64,000 nt of DNA from the NCBI GenBank assembly GCA_965637545.1, contig OZ281498.1, positions 8,556,001 to 8,620,000 on the forward strand. The letters run 5' to 3'. Positions 20,501 to 34,800 of the stretch are shown here, piece by piece (the stretch's first letter is position 1; the number at the start of each line of letters is the position of its first letter). Below the pieces are notes generated by a model that searched no databases, was not told where the DNA came from, and worked only from the letters and a program-made list of their open reading frames with translations. Made by a program: the position numbers and the translations under genes. The stretch is from Phallusia mammillata. Lineage: Eukaryota.

Positions 20501-23500
20501 TGTGCTTTACCAACTGACCTACACATGGTCAAATAAAGGTTATACTCGTTGCATTGTATGAAAAACAAGAGTTCACATTAAGCCTAAGTTCCCAATAGGA
20601 AACTATTAAACACTTATTTTCTATAGCGAGTTTCGTTAAAATTACGCATCTTTTACAAAAATCTATTGTAATAAACGATTGCCTTATTTGTTACTTGTTT
20701 TTTGTTGGAATTTTTAAACTAATAAGGATTTTTCTTTAAAAAAACAATTACGTGTCATCGTGCCCAAAACACAAAAAAAACCTTTTCAGCAATTATTTGA
20801 ATGTACGCATATAACGTATTTGATATTTGAAAGCATACAACCTGGACCACTGTCGTTTAACTTACCGACTATTGCCGTGGTGTTGGATGTTTCACTAAAC
20901 ACAGGCTGATAGACAGCAGCAAGCCACATGGTAAAAGCAATCTGAAAAAAATACAGTTTTAATTAAGCAGTTGGGAGCATATTTTCATTGAATTCAGCGT
21001 TGTTAATCAGCTTGGAAAGGAGATTATGTTTTGCAAGGGAAAATTCTAAAGCAAATAAGCTACTTTTTTATAACTATTAATCAGAATAGCATTTCAATGC
21101 CAATATAAAAACTGTGCTAAAAATCGTCCTACACCAACGGACTCTTAATTATTACAGGCAATTCCAGTTGGGGATAATATATGCTAAACTGAAGCTTTAT
21201 ATATCACATTGCATAACGAAAAACACAGACTGATCTAAGTGTACTGAAAGCTTCAGTTTAGTATATATATAAATATATATTAAAAGGTTACAGTTTTAAT
21301 TAAACAGTTGGTAGTAAACTTTCATTGAATTTAGCGTTGAGGTGTTTGGCAAAAATAAAAATATAACAACACGAATATAGATTCTGGAAAAAAACATTAG
21401 AATAAAAAAACGGAAAGATATTTTTTTACTTACAATAAATATCATAACGATAACGCCAAATTTAATAAGATCATTCAGAAGACCTTCAATGATTATGGTC
21501 CACGGTCCGAATAAATAATGAAAACTAAAAACAAAATGTGTTGATTATCTCAGCGTAACATTATAACAGAACAGGACCCAGAAAGCTATGTCATTATGTT
21601 ACAAAGATTTCAATCTACGTTAAGTTAAAGGTGAATTGTGGGATTAGAGTCGCAATTTCAAGTAATTGTGTGTTTTTTTGCTCTTAGGTTATGAAAGCCG
21701 GCTATAATATTACAGTTTTGTCTTTTGTTAGCCTAATATTTGTAAAGCAAGCGAAAGTTTCAGCTATACACCAAAGGGCCTCATTTTAATTTTCTACCTT
21801 GTTGAAATTAATAAGAAATTTTTCCTTATAATTTAGTATGTAAAATGTGTGGTGTATATTATAAAATCAGGAGTCACCAGAGACTCAGTACGAGAAATGG
21901 AGACAACACTCGCATACAATAACAGGCTGAAAATTCTAATTTTGCATTTTTTACAGTTTGGAATAAAGAAAAAAAAAACTTACAGGCGCTTACCTTAAAA
22001 ATTCAAGAAATTGCACAAAAGCGAAGGTCATGGCCGCGGAAAGAAATATATTTCGCACATAAATGATTTGCAATCTCACTTCCAGATTGCTAAAGGGAAA
22101 ACCAATCGCAATGATATGAACCACTATCGCCATGGCACATAGCACCAACACAATCGTTCGTATCTGCAGAATAGAGAAAACTGTCTCAAAATGGCCAAGC
22201 AACCACTTGGGAACCAAAGTGATGTCGGCTCAGTGTCACAGTATCAATGTAAAAGAATCGAGTCAATAAATGATAAGCTGCAGACAGTGCACACGGCTTT
22301 TAAGCCTGTTACTCCCTACAAACTGAAGTGCCGTTGGATGGCTACACTATCCAACATGGCCAATCTCTCGTCACCAGCTGCACTGATGAGACCTTATAGG
22401 TCGAGTTTAAAAAAAAAAAAAAAAAAAACAGTGTGCATTGTCTGCAGCTTATCATTTTTTGGCGCGATGCTTTTACAAAGGCGATTCAATTTTCTCACAG
22501 TAGTACAAATTAATTTGCCAACGAGAACATGTAAAAAAGGGTATTTTCAAAAAATATCTCAATCGCATTTTGCCAAGAATGCCGTAACACAAAGAAGGTC
22601 AAACAAAAGCTTTTACTTTAACAAAATGGAAAACTTACCCTGGCTATCCCAGTTCGTCCTCCAGGTCCAGTTATTTCGTTGACCAACACACCGGACATCC
22701 AAACTAGTAGAAGCCATTCGTTCCATTCTGGTATTAAATCACCTTGATTATAGATCGGAGTAATTGGAATAGCTACTGTCGCCACAAACAGTCCCACCTT
22801 TAGATAAAAACAAATGCTGTAAATGTATAGGTACCCCATGTAGTAAAATATTGACAATATCTGGTAAAAGTTTCATTTAAAATAGGGAAAAGATATAATC
22901 GTGTTTAATGTTAAAAAATTTTGTAAAACTAGTTTTTATGTTGGGATATCCACCCAATTGGTCAGGGAATTTTATAAACTAGAAGATCTTTTACAAAACA
23001 AAAACTTTCCTATTTATTGCAAAAAAAACTGGTACACGGTTTCAGTTTAATGACACACCGTAAAGCCAGTAGAATGAAAAAAAATTTAAGCGGAGGCTAA
23101 AACAACCAAAGATGCGGTGAGTTTTGAACTAAATACCCTAGTTTTTTCGCATTCAATGTCCTTCTCACCATGTAAAAGTGGCTGACGAGAGAAACGATGA
23201 ACTTTATGATGGGAATTCGGCTCAAACGGACGTGAAAGGGAAGAGCAAGAAAGAGCCAAAGAGGAGGAAAAAAGACAATTGCGAAAAAGAGAAGAGCAAA
23301 TTTCCAGTCAGCCCAGTTCAAGTTGCCAACCTGCAACATAATGTCAAGTCACGAATAGTCGTGAAATTAACAAGCTGCCCAGAAACACAATCAACCGATG
23401 TTAAAGCGTGAAAATATATACAGAAACTTGGATGCATTAATGTATTAGTAAGCTGCAAATAGTAAAAACTGTCTTGTCACCAGCTGTACTGATGAGACCT

Positions 23501-26500
23501 TATAAGTGATAAAGTGTACACCAGGGCTGTCAAACAAGTTGCACGCAGAGCATTTGAAAATGGCACTCGAGCTTTGCAAACATTCAAATGGTAAATGTTA
23601 TAGGATTTGTCACGCAACCATCATTTTGGCGATTTTCTTGAGTTTAATAAACAATTTTACTTGCATTTGACGACATAAGATTTATTTGACAATTCCTAAG
23701 GTTCTACATGACCAAAATTCGCACGGCGGTTTTCGAGTTGGACACCACTAGTGTACACTGCCTGTAGCTTACTTATCAATTAATGGCTTTAATTTTTTTT
23801 TACTCATATAGTAACATTAAGCAGACACCAATTACAAAGGCCAAGCAGTTGCTGTAGTTTATAGCCAGTTGTGGCATCGAACAGATTTGGTGGGGCGTTG
23901 TTTTTTAGCCTGGTAATACCAACAAACGAACTTGGCAACCTACGGGTCTCATCAGTGTGCACTGTCTGCAGCTTATTGCAAGTATATACTTGGTCAAATT
24001 AAAAAGCCAGTAATTTTGGGCTATTAATGTTTTTAACTTCAGTTGACTACATTTTAATTCTTACCCAGACATCGGACAAATATTTTTGAACTGCGGGATG
24101 CGCAATCACATTTTTCTGCTCACAGTCGATTAAAACGTCGAGGAATGGAGTCGATTTGCGGTCGGTTGCTTTTAGGATGTCGTTTGCACCGTTGTTGGCG
24201 CTGTAGAGCACAAATTGTTATATCTATGGCACATTTACTTGTATGTTTTAATGCAAGGTTGTTACGATTTAATGTATCTGCTTTTCCATTTTTTTATTTA
24301 TTGTATCAATTTATTTAGGATGGTAATAAATATTTTCAGACATTTTTAAAAAAATGGACGGTATGCACATTGTTAATGCAATACTATTGGTTGCATTTGT
24401 GGGCTAAATGGCCAAAATCAATATGACCTCTAAAAAAAACTTCATGGTATTGGTAATTTTTGGTCGTGTCAAAAAATGTCTTGTATACACTTGTCAATGT
24501 AATATAATAGGGTGCATTGTGGGCAAAATGTCATCATCAAAATGACCTCTAAAATAACAAAAAAATCAGAAACTCTTTAATAGACCTTTCTTAGGATTTA
24601 GTACCAGGTTGGTAAAAACTGATCAAACACTCCTTTATGAAAACAAACCTGCATATTTCCAGCAAATCCACCGCTAAATTCTCGCAATAGTTTGAACATT
24701 CCACAAGATTTTTTGCTTGCTCTTTTTCCCGGTTACTGGAAATCATAAAAGCCCGGGACAATTTGGCAGCAGTATCAATTGGAGCAGCTGAAGCAAGGAC
24801 AAATTCTTCCAAGATGTCCATGTTCTTCGTCTGGGCCTCTTCAGCAGTCATAGGGGTCCTTGCTCTGGATGACCCACCCATGGCACTCTGTGGTCTGGCC
24901 TTTTTGGCTGGAGATTTAGCGACCAGCATAAGATCACAGACGAATGATTTTTCGTTGATTAACTTGGAAGTGTCGTGGTCGCATTTGAGTAGGAAACTTA
25001 CAACATTCTACAATCATAAATCAATTGTAAATGTTGACCAGTATTGGAAAGAAATTGATTTATGTGCAAGCTTTAGTAAGTTGGAATAAGGTAAAATTTT
25101 TAAAGACAGATTTTCTCACGACACACTCAACTGAACTTCTGCTAAACCAGTATAGGCCTTTTTTGCAATAAAGGGTCTGTTTATCCCCAAAAAATAGTTT
25201 TCCTATGTGTCAGCGCAGGTAATTGTCATATATTAATGTTACAGTATCAGACAATATTCTGCCAGTACTTTGTTTTAAGGTGCACAGTGTCAAGTCTTTT
25301 GATTAATTTTTGCTAAACTACAAGAAATTAAAACAAATTTTCAAGTCGCTTGCCTTAATTAGTTGCCTAACTCGAAATTGTAATGCTGCATTATTTGTAT
25401 CTGCACACACGCCTTTTTCAGCTGACATAATGCGCTATGGTGACAGCGTTTAAAAAATGTCTTCATATCCAACAAACGTTGAAGAAAGTCTTTTGAACAC
25501 TTACGTAATGTCGTGACGATGCAGCAAACTGAATTGGAATTCTCTTGTCCTGTTTAGTTTCGTGTTTCGTCGAAGCTCCAGTCTCACTTAATAGTTTCAC
25601 CATCTTCAATGAGCCGGACTTGGCAGCAAGATGCAAAGGCGTCAAACCGTTCTAAATCAATAGTAAACCATTAAATTCAAAGTCCACAGTACACCATCTA
25701 GAAGAGGCGTTATTTCGAATCAAACCAGTCTCCCATGTATTTCCTTATGCAGCAGACAGATAAAAAATATTTATCTAACGGTGGGATTCGAATCCACGAA
25801 AGGAGCCTTTTAAGGGCTGGCGTTCAAGCAAATGAGCGGAATTGTTTATGTCAGTTGAATATTGTACCACATACATTATTGCCTTTTGCGTATGCTGGAT
25901 ATGTTTGTAAAGTTGTTTCACGACGACAAGCTATGTTTGCAGTGCTTATTTTACGGTTTATCTGTGATATATCTGGATTTAAACAGAAAGCAAAGCAAAA
26001 ATGGGAGACACACAACCTTTTCGACTACGCTTTTCCAGTAGTATATATGAGCCTTAAAGAAAGGTAATAGCCAACACTAACCTTAAAAAAAACAAGAATT
26101 TTGTTCATATGTTTTGCAACATGACAGGGAAATACAAACTATTGAAAATTTAGTTTTCAAAATAAATTTTTTACTGACCTTATCTGGCACATCAATATCA
26201 GCGCCTTGTCCTATGAGCAGAGCCGCCATCTCCAAGTGGCCGTAAGCAGCAGCATAATGCAAACAAGTAAATCCCTTTGCGTCAACGCATTTCAACTGGG
26301 AAATTGATTTGCTGAGGAGAAGACCCACTACATCTACGTAACCACTGTTGGCCGCTAGATGGAGTGGTGTTGCTTTCTAAAATTATAGATCAGGTTTTAT
26401 GAAAAATGAGGGCGGGAACTTGGCCGAATGGTCCGGCGCACCTGACCCACACACAGACATAAAAAAAACTGATTAAATTCGCATCTGGAAGTGTCATGGA

Positions 26501-29500
26501 TTCGAACCCCGAGAAATTTTTTTATGAAAAGATAGTTATTATTTAGCTGTAAAAATAGAATGTTTGGTCGAATAAGCATTATAATTCATCATAAACGATG
26601 AAGCCACATATGTGTAAAACCAACAAAAAGCTTTAATGAATGCATCAACTTTAGTATTCTGATATACTTCTCATTACATTCCTAAACCGGGACGTGAAAG
26701 AGGTTATACGCAATGTTTATGACGTCAAACTCACTGAAGTATCTAAAACGCAGTGGTAATATTGTGGTGAAAAAAACACACGAGAAATATGTTCTTAAAA
26801 CGGATAAACTGGCGCCGTGGTTTCACAGTTTAATTTACGGTGTTGTGTTGAAAATGCATATTTTTACCTGCACAACTGTCGAAGCTTCCACACTCACTCC
26901 TGGGTAGTTAAGAATCATTCGAACCAGGTTTACATGACCAGACTGGGAGGCGAGATGAAGGGGAGTGAAACCGTACTGTGTGTGGAAATGGGATGTTTGT
27001 TTCATGCACAGACATTGTCAGTGCAATTTAAGTTACTTTACGTCAAAGAAATTGAAGTGTATAAGCTACGTACTACAAAGTGTGATCCATCGAAAGGTCT
27101 CAAAAATTTGGGAGAGACCATAAACGGATTACACTTGAGTGTTTGGAAAAAAACTCGTATGTGGTTGATGCAAAAGCATGCAAAATACATAAGCCTGCAA
27201 AAACATAAACTTACGTCTCTTGTGGCGTCTTTGGATCCCTCTACTTTTATTCCTGGTTGTTGACTCGCCTCTGCGGCCCGAATTCGATGCAGCATCTCCC
27301 GAGTGAAGTCTTCCTGTTGGCATAACGAAAATATGTCAAAAACACGCGATTTTCAACTTTTTTGAACTGCTTTAGCAGTGCTTGGAGCTATGCCTTGGAA
27401 ATGGGAATGCTTGGAAGACCGGCTGATGCGGCCTGACGCTTTGAAAAGGCCTACCGTGCAATGATTTACATTCGAGCGTGTCGTTGTCGCTGGTCTGCAT
27501 GAACACTTCAGGGCTGATCCCAGTAATAAACAAACGTCCACCCTCGCTGATTGTACCTCACATGAAATTTTATCCCTTAATGTGGCTGTTGCCTCATTGG
27601 TTTTCAAGCGTAATTGCAACAATATTTTAAATAGGGAATACAAAACCTAAACACAGATGTTAGAAACACGAGTAGGGCAAAAAGACACGTTTCGAAAAAT
27701 GTCTAAACTTATCTTGTCAACGTGTTATAAACAAATCAATGCCTTACATTTCCAGATTGTGTTGCAACATGTAGAACGTTGAAACCTGTCTTAGAACTGA
27801 CAGTTTGCCACAAACTGCTTAAAGGCAAATTCATCTTCGCTTCAATCTTCTCCTTGTTGCTCACAATCACTTCAATGATATTTGAATGACCGTGTTTTGC
27901 GCTGAGATGTAAAGCATTCATTCCTTCCTGAAAAGAAAACCCATATATGACACGTTTTTCGGTAATTTTGCGAAAAGTACCCATTTTTTATACGTATTTG
28001 TAATCTATTTTAAGACTAAAAAACAAAAATATTTTTTTTTATTTACTGTAGGGAACTATGCCGTAACAAATATACGTAAAAAGCCACAGCTTTACTGTTT
28101 AGGTATGTGCTCTGGCAATAAACAGTCATATTCCCGAGTCTTTAATATTCTTTAATATAAGTGCAGTAAAATTGGACATTTAGAAAAAGTCCTTAAAATG
28201 TTAACAGAACGTTCAGCCAGACAAACGTATTTAAGTTTAATTCTCACATAATACAAGTGTATATACAGTAGGCATAGTTAAACTATACCACATACCGAAT
28301 CTTCGTCCATTAGATTTGCTCCGTTCAGAATAAGTTCCTGAACAACTTCTGCGTGACCTTTGCTCGCCGCTAGGTGGAGCGCCGTGGAATTCGATGTCTG
28401 AAAAATAAACGAAAATTTATTACAAAATTGGGCGAATCTTGGCCGAATGGTCTGGCGCGCCTGATCCATATACAGACAAAAAAAAACAGATCGGGATTCG
28501 TCCCCGGGAGTGTCCTGGGTTCGAACCCCGAGAAAAAAAAGTATTACAAAATTTTATTACAAGTCTAAAAAATAAACAAAAAAACCTGGTGTGATACAAT
28601 CCCTTAATACAAAATTTAATATTCACTTTATTTATAGAAAGAATAAATCCACGGACTTGCAATAAAACAGGCAACTCGACGGCGGACTCATTTATTGTGA
28701 GCATAACGTATTCAGGCGTTGCCCGCCCACCGAGGATAAATATGAAACAAACAATAAATGACACTTACAGAGTTGGTGGCAGTAGTAACGCTCTCCTTGT
28801 TAGAGTTTAGCAATTCATGAATGACAGCCACGCTGCCCTTGGAAGCAGCAATGTGAGCACAGGTCCATCCGCTCTTGTTCGCTTTTGTCACAAGATCACG
28901 TCGGTGGCCAAGAAACATTTTCACAACGTTTGAGTGATCGTTTTCGGCGGCCAAGTGCAACGGCGTCTGGCCATCCTGGGTTTAAGTGAATTTTAAAAAG
29001 TCAGAGAATTTTCTAATGTTACATCCAAAAATAGCAAAAGATCTGAAGAAAACATGAGCGTAAAAATTGTAATTTAATGAAACAGTGTCAAAAAGTCTAT
29101 GCTTTTGCCAAAATTTCTTCTAAAATGTTCTCGATACACTAGTAGTTTCAACTGATAAGTAACAATTAATACCGTAAAATGATCGAAATCATTACGCCCT
29201 TCTTTTTTGCATTAGGTAAGTTATAAATCACATAGGATAAGGTATATCTTAAAAAACATCATTCATCACTCACGTTATCTACAGCTTCTACATCCGCTCC
29301 AGCAGCAAGTAATGTGTGACAGACGTCAATCATTCCATCCTCAGCAGCTTTGTGGAGCGGGGTTTTCTTGTCCTGCATAAAATCAAATAAATAAAGCATT
29401 TAGTTACATGCAAGTGTTCGTTAACCCACAGTCAGTACAGATCGAACAGAAACGCACAACACAATGTAAAAGAAGGTGAATAGTATAGCAGGTATTGTGT

Positions 29501-31790
29501 TGAAATTGGTCATTTGCATCTTTCTGAATCACCGTTCAACCTTCAGTTAGAACTTAGTTGAAAAACAAAACACTTAAATAGACTAACATATTTAATACAA
29601 ACCTATTTCAAATTTAAACATTACAAAAAATGTCGACATACTGGATTTTATGTTTAATAAAAAGATTTTTATAGCAGCAAACCGATTAATTATCTAACTT
29701 CGAGAACTTTAGGGTTCGAAAAAGCCAAGTAAAACCATCGCAAGTATTTTAGATTCACATTTTAAAAACGCCCAAAAAAGCAAATTTTTTTTCAGTAAAA
29801 TAGTTGTAAAAAATTATGTTCGTCATTTGTCACAATGCGCATTTTCACAATGTTTATCTTTTTTATCTACTTCAAAAACAAAGCACCCACCAGACTCAAC
29901 GCATCAATAGAAGCTTTTTGGTCGGTTCCCATTGGTTTCAAGAGATTTTGGACCAGTTTGTTGTAACCACGTTGAGCAGCCAGATGTAATGGAGTCAGTC
30001 CTAACTTGGTCTTAGCATTCACGAACGCCTTCTTCCTAATTAGCATATCCGCAATCACGTGGTGTCCGTTTTCTGCCGCTAGGTGGAGCGCTGCCTTGCC
30101 ATTCTGTAAAATTTCAACATGGAGCGAATTTAAAGCTTCCAAGAGACGGGTTTAAACTTAAGACATCAAATGTTTAGCTCTTAATTAAATAGGCCCTGCA
30201 GTGATGCGGGTAAAATATGACCAAATAGTTGCTTTTTTGTTACAGTTTAGGCAAGAGATTTTGGACCACAACGAACACAGGGGTGCATTCATAGGGGTTC
30301 ACCAAAATACTAAGGGGTCATAAGGGTTCACCCAAAAGGAAAAGGAAATTTTCAAGGAAACAAGGAAATTGTTTTATTGTAAACTGCAAAATATATCTTT
30401 CGTTACCTCATCAAAAACGTCAACTCTTGCGCTGTGCTGAAGTAAAATATCCACAGAACTTTCGTGTCCTTCGTCACTGGCAAATAACAACGGAGACCAA
30501 CCGTTCTGTAACAAAAGTAAAAAAATGTCATTACAGTGCTTTTCAGGTTTTATTCGGAGCCCTTTTTAAAGACTGACTTGTTAAGGACAAAAAACGGGTA
30601 AATAAATTCGTAGAGTTAACCACTATAATCGAGCTTGTTATTAACAGATCAAAAAATTCTTTAACGCTGTTTTTTTGGGGATGAGTGCTTTAGATAAAAA
30701 TAAAATTTAAAGTGATCTGAACAGCACGAAACTTCGTAGTTCGTTTTGCCACATTGGCACCTCAAACCATTCATAAATTGTTTTTTGACTGACGGTTTTG
30801 ATATAACCCATAAAGCAGTGTACTTGCAATGACAGTTTACCGATTTTTAACGTATAGTTTTTTTTTCAACATTGCTTACCAAGATTGCGTTGTTCAGGCG
30901 ACTTACCTTAGCCTGCCTATTAATCATACTCGGCATCTTTTGATGATTTTTGCTGATAAATTCAAGTAACATGCGAAGAGATTTTTCGTTGCCAGCTCTT
31001 GCACAATAATGTAGCGGTGTTTCCTGCAAATAACATCACCACTAAGTTTACTATGTCTGCTTGTTGCTTAAAGTAGGTATTGCGCAATTGTTCGAAGATG
31101 ATGCAACACTGTCGAAATACTATGGCATAGGCAAGAAAATTCAGCTCAACACAACATGAGCTTTAGGTAACGTACGATACTAAGTCCTGCTAAAGTTTTT
31201 TTCCTGTTGGCAAATCTAAATTAATGTCATATTTGATGTATTTCAGTAAAGAGGAAAACAAAAAAGAAGAAAATTAATTAAAGAACCTTCTGGAAAGAGA
31301 CCTTTAAAAAACTTATATTCACCAATGTCCTTGCATGGATGTATGGACATACTAAATATTAATGGCCATCTTTTTTACGAAAAAGGTTTCATACTTAAGA
31401 CGTGATTTAATCTCGATAAGCAGTACTTCGGTTTATAAAATTTAGGACAACTGTTTGTTGATTAACATAATTGTCGTTGTTAATTAACTTTAAAAAATGA
31501 ATTTGACCTCTCCTAAAGCCGGGATAAAATGTCATGAAACGGCCATTGTCAACTTCGCTGGTTGTATGAACACTTCAGACATAAGTGGCGAAGATCCTAT
31601 TGGGAAACAATTTCAAATCTTATACAAACCTGTGTATAGGTTGTGCAGAAATTCACATCCCCGCCATACTGCAGCAAGTGTGTTACAATCTTTACTTCCT
31701 CGTTGGGAAAATGAGCTTGGTCCTCTGTTAACTCGGCAGCCAAGTGCATCGGTGTAACGCCCTCCTACAGAACGTATGAAAATGATTTGT

Positions 31791-31822
<32 letters not shown>

Positions 31823-34800
31823 CAGTCGTAAACAAGGACAGAAATGAATAAAATCGACTTAAGGTTACAAAACGCTTTCAAATGCTTGTGATTGACCCAA
31901 CGCATTTACAGCAAGATTTAAAACGCTTTCAAATGAACAAACCAACAATGAATGAAACTCTTACTCCGCAAGTTTTGAAGTTATAAATTTTACTTTAGCA
32001 AATATATCCGGTTTTACAAATTTAACTTTTGGGGAGACCGTAAATGAACTGCTGGGTCAACCGGTTCAGAATTTCGGAGCATCAAAACTGAAGGATCAAA
32101 ACATTTCAAAAATATCTTTATCTTTCTTGATCAAACGGGTGGAACAAACCAGTGCTATAAACAAAAAAGAAGAAAAAAAGCACGAAAAAATGTTCCATCA
32201 AGAAATTAGGTTTAAAAACCTCTAAACTTCTTAACTTCTATCGCTAATTCCCCCCAGAAAAAAATCCAAAACTCCCAGAATTGGATGATACTACTTATGT
32301 TAAAAAGCTCTAATTTAACCTACATAACATAATTAACTATCCATCATACCGAACCCATTTCTCAGAAAACACGGCCTTAAGCGTGGGAAACCGGGTTTTA
32401 TTTCAGAGAAACCATTCTTTACTTACACTGTTTTCCATGTTAACGCACATTGTGGCTTCATATCTGGAATATTTCGATTCGAGGAAGTCGATCATGTTGT
32501 ATACGATCTCCCACCGACAATGTCGAACAGCAAGATGCAAGGCATTCTCCCCTGACTAAAACAACAGAGAATGATTTACGTTGTTGATATATTATACACG
32601 TTTTGAAATGGACGAAATAGGTCAAATTTTTGGTGTCTGGTAATTTTTTAAGAGAACATTTTGTAGTGTGGTTATTTCGTCACAGGGAATTTCGTCGCTG
32701 GGTAATTTATCACAAGAAAGTTTCATGACCTGAGAGTATTTCGTTACTTGGAAAATGCTTTCCATTCTTTGTTAAGAAAGTTTCATCGTATACTAATTTC
32801 ATTTCATGGTAATTTTATTGCAGAAAATTTCATCGCAGAAAGTTTTATCGCATGGTGATTTCATCGCAGAAAGTTTCTTGCAAGAAATTTCGGTTTAAAG
32901 TACATTGCGATTTCATTGCAATGCGATGAAATTACCACAATGAAATTACAACTAAACGAATTTTGATTCACTTAAAAGACGCAAGATGTACTTTCATTGG
33001 CTACTAGCGAGATTGATCTGTCTCAATTATCATCTTCTTAGTTATGAGTGTACATTTTGTATAGTGGTGATGTTTGAATGTTTTGAGTTAAAAAAAAACG
33101 AAAATTCTGGTTTTTAGTTTAAACATATACCAGGAACAACTATACGTCCAGTGCGACGGCTTGACCAACCTAGAAAAAAGGTTTAAAGTTGACTTTAAAA
33201 TAAAATTTAATGTTGATTTAGGTCACTAGATATCAGATAGCATAATTCTACTGTATTATAGTGTAAACAAGCACTTAATGGTAGAGTGTGAAAAAGTGAA
33301 TGTATAATGTTACAACGAGTGTTTTTTTGCCCTAAGTTTATTCATACCCCAAAATACAAACATCAAGACAAAATTCCGTTTCTACAAACCGATGATTGAG
33401 TTCTCGAGTCTCCGCCTTCCTCCAGCAATAACCTGAATGATTTTAGATTTCCTTTCCTGGCCGCCATATGTACAGCGGTCTCACCGTCCTCTCTCGGACA
33501 ATTTGCGTCAGCTCCCGATTTAATTAACATCTCAGCCACTTGTTCACCTGTACAGCAATAACTTGTTGCATTGAACCCCTTTGCCTTGAGTTTTCATGAA
33601 ACAACTTTTTTTGATAACGCATGAAAGAGTTTCTCGTGTAAGCTTTGCACGAATTCCGAAAGTGAGCACTTCTTTCTACGATGTACATACAAATGGATGC
33701 ACGTTAAACACAACTTATTGGGCTTAAGCACGGATTACATTGTAGTTGTGATTAAATCTTTTATGGTAAAAAACTACAATTGGCAGATTTGTCTTGTTTT
33801 CTGTGACTGCAACCCCATAGTAGCCTACCACAGGACTTTACGGGGCGTGCAGCATATATTGCATCCTGGTGAGCAACATAACTTTAAACTCTGTAACCCT
33901 TTCACATATACATTATATTACATCGTTGTTTACCGTCTGATATTTGGGCTGCAAGATGAAGTGGGGTTTCTTGTTTTTCACCACCCTTGATTTGAACAGG
34001 AGCTCCAAAACCGAGTAGCATTTGTACCACCAGAGGGCGACAGTGTTGCACCGCAACGTGAAGAGCAGTGAGTTTGTCCTAAAAATGGATAAATCTTTTC
34101 CGAAAACAGTTTTTCACATAGGATCACAAATAGCATACTGTTTCATTGCAGTGATTTGCTACCCGATACACTTTGTCATGCATAAATCGTTGCATCAAAC
34201 ATTTACCCACACTCTTCAAACAGTCTCGTTTTACCTTCGTTCTGGCATCCACGTGGGCACCTTTGCTTAGCAACGTCCTAACAACTTCCACGTGATTATT
34301 TTTGGCAGCAGAATGTAGACAGACAGCTCCTGTAAAGCATATTCGGCTTTTTCATTTATAACTTTTGCTTGTGGCATCACCAGTGTTTTTTCGTCCATTT
34401 GGGCCGTTATATTATGGGGGGTGGTAATAGGCTTTAGAGTTTAGAAGTAACCTTTTTGCGATATATTAAGTACGCACTGGATTTTTGTAAAGATTGACAT
34501 CTGAAGTTTAGTTTACTTTGGTCACAAAACAAATGTATAGTGTTCCCATTCAATATTACTCATCAAGGAAAAAGGAAATAGAACCAAATCACTTTGGACA
34601 ACGTTATAGCATATATATTGCATGAATAACATCTATTCACGTACCTGACTTGTTGGGCATATGTAGTGGCACTCCGCGCTTAAGAAAAGTCAGAGCGGTA
34701 TCGGGGTGACCACATTCCGAAGCTATGTGCATCAGTGTACTCCCATCCTGGAAACAGAACGCGCCATACACTCGGTTAACACGGAATCAAGTCGTGAGGT

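Noticed and set aside
22191-22682. 163-aa ORF (and similar peptides at 13022-13501, 38821-39054, 62844-63029)
   Set aside because: The shared peptide similarity comes from reading through H1 repeat copies; A-runs, frameshifts and no protein-family signal.
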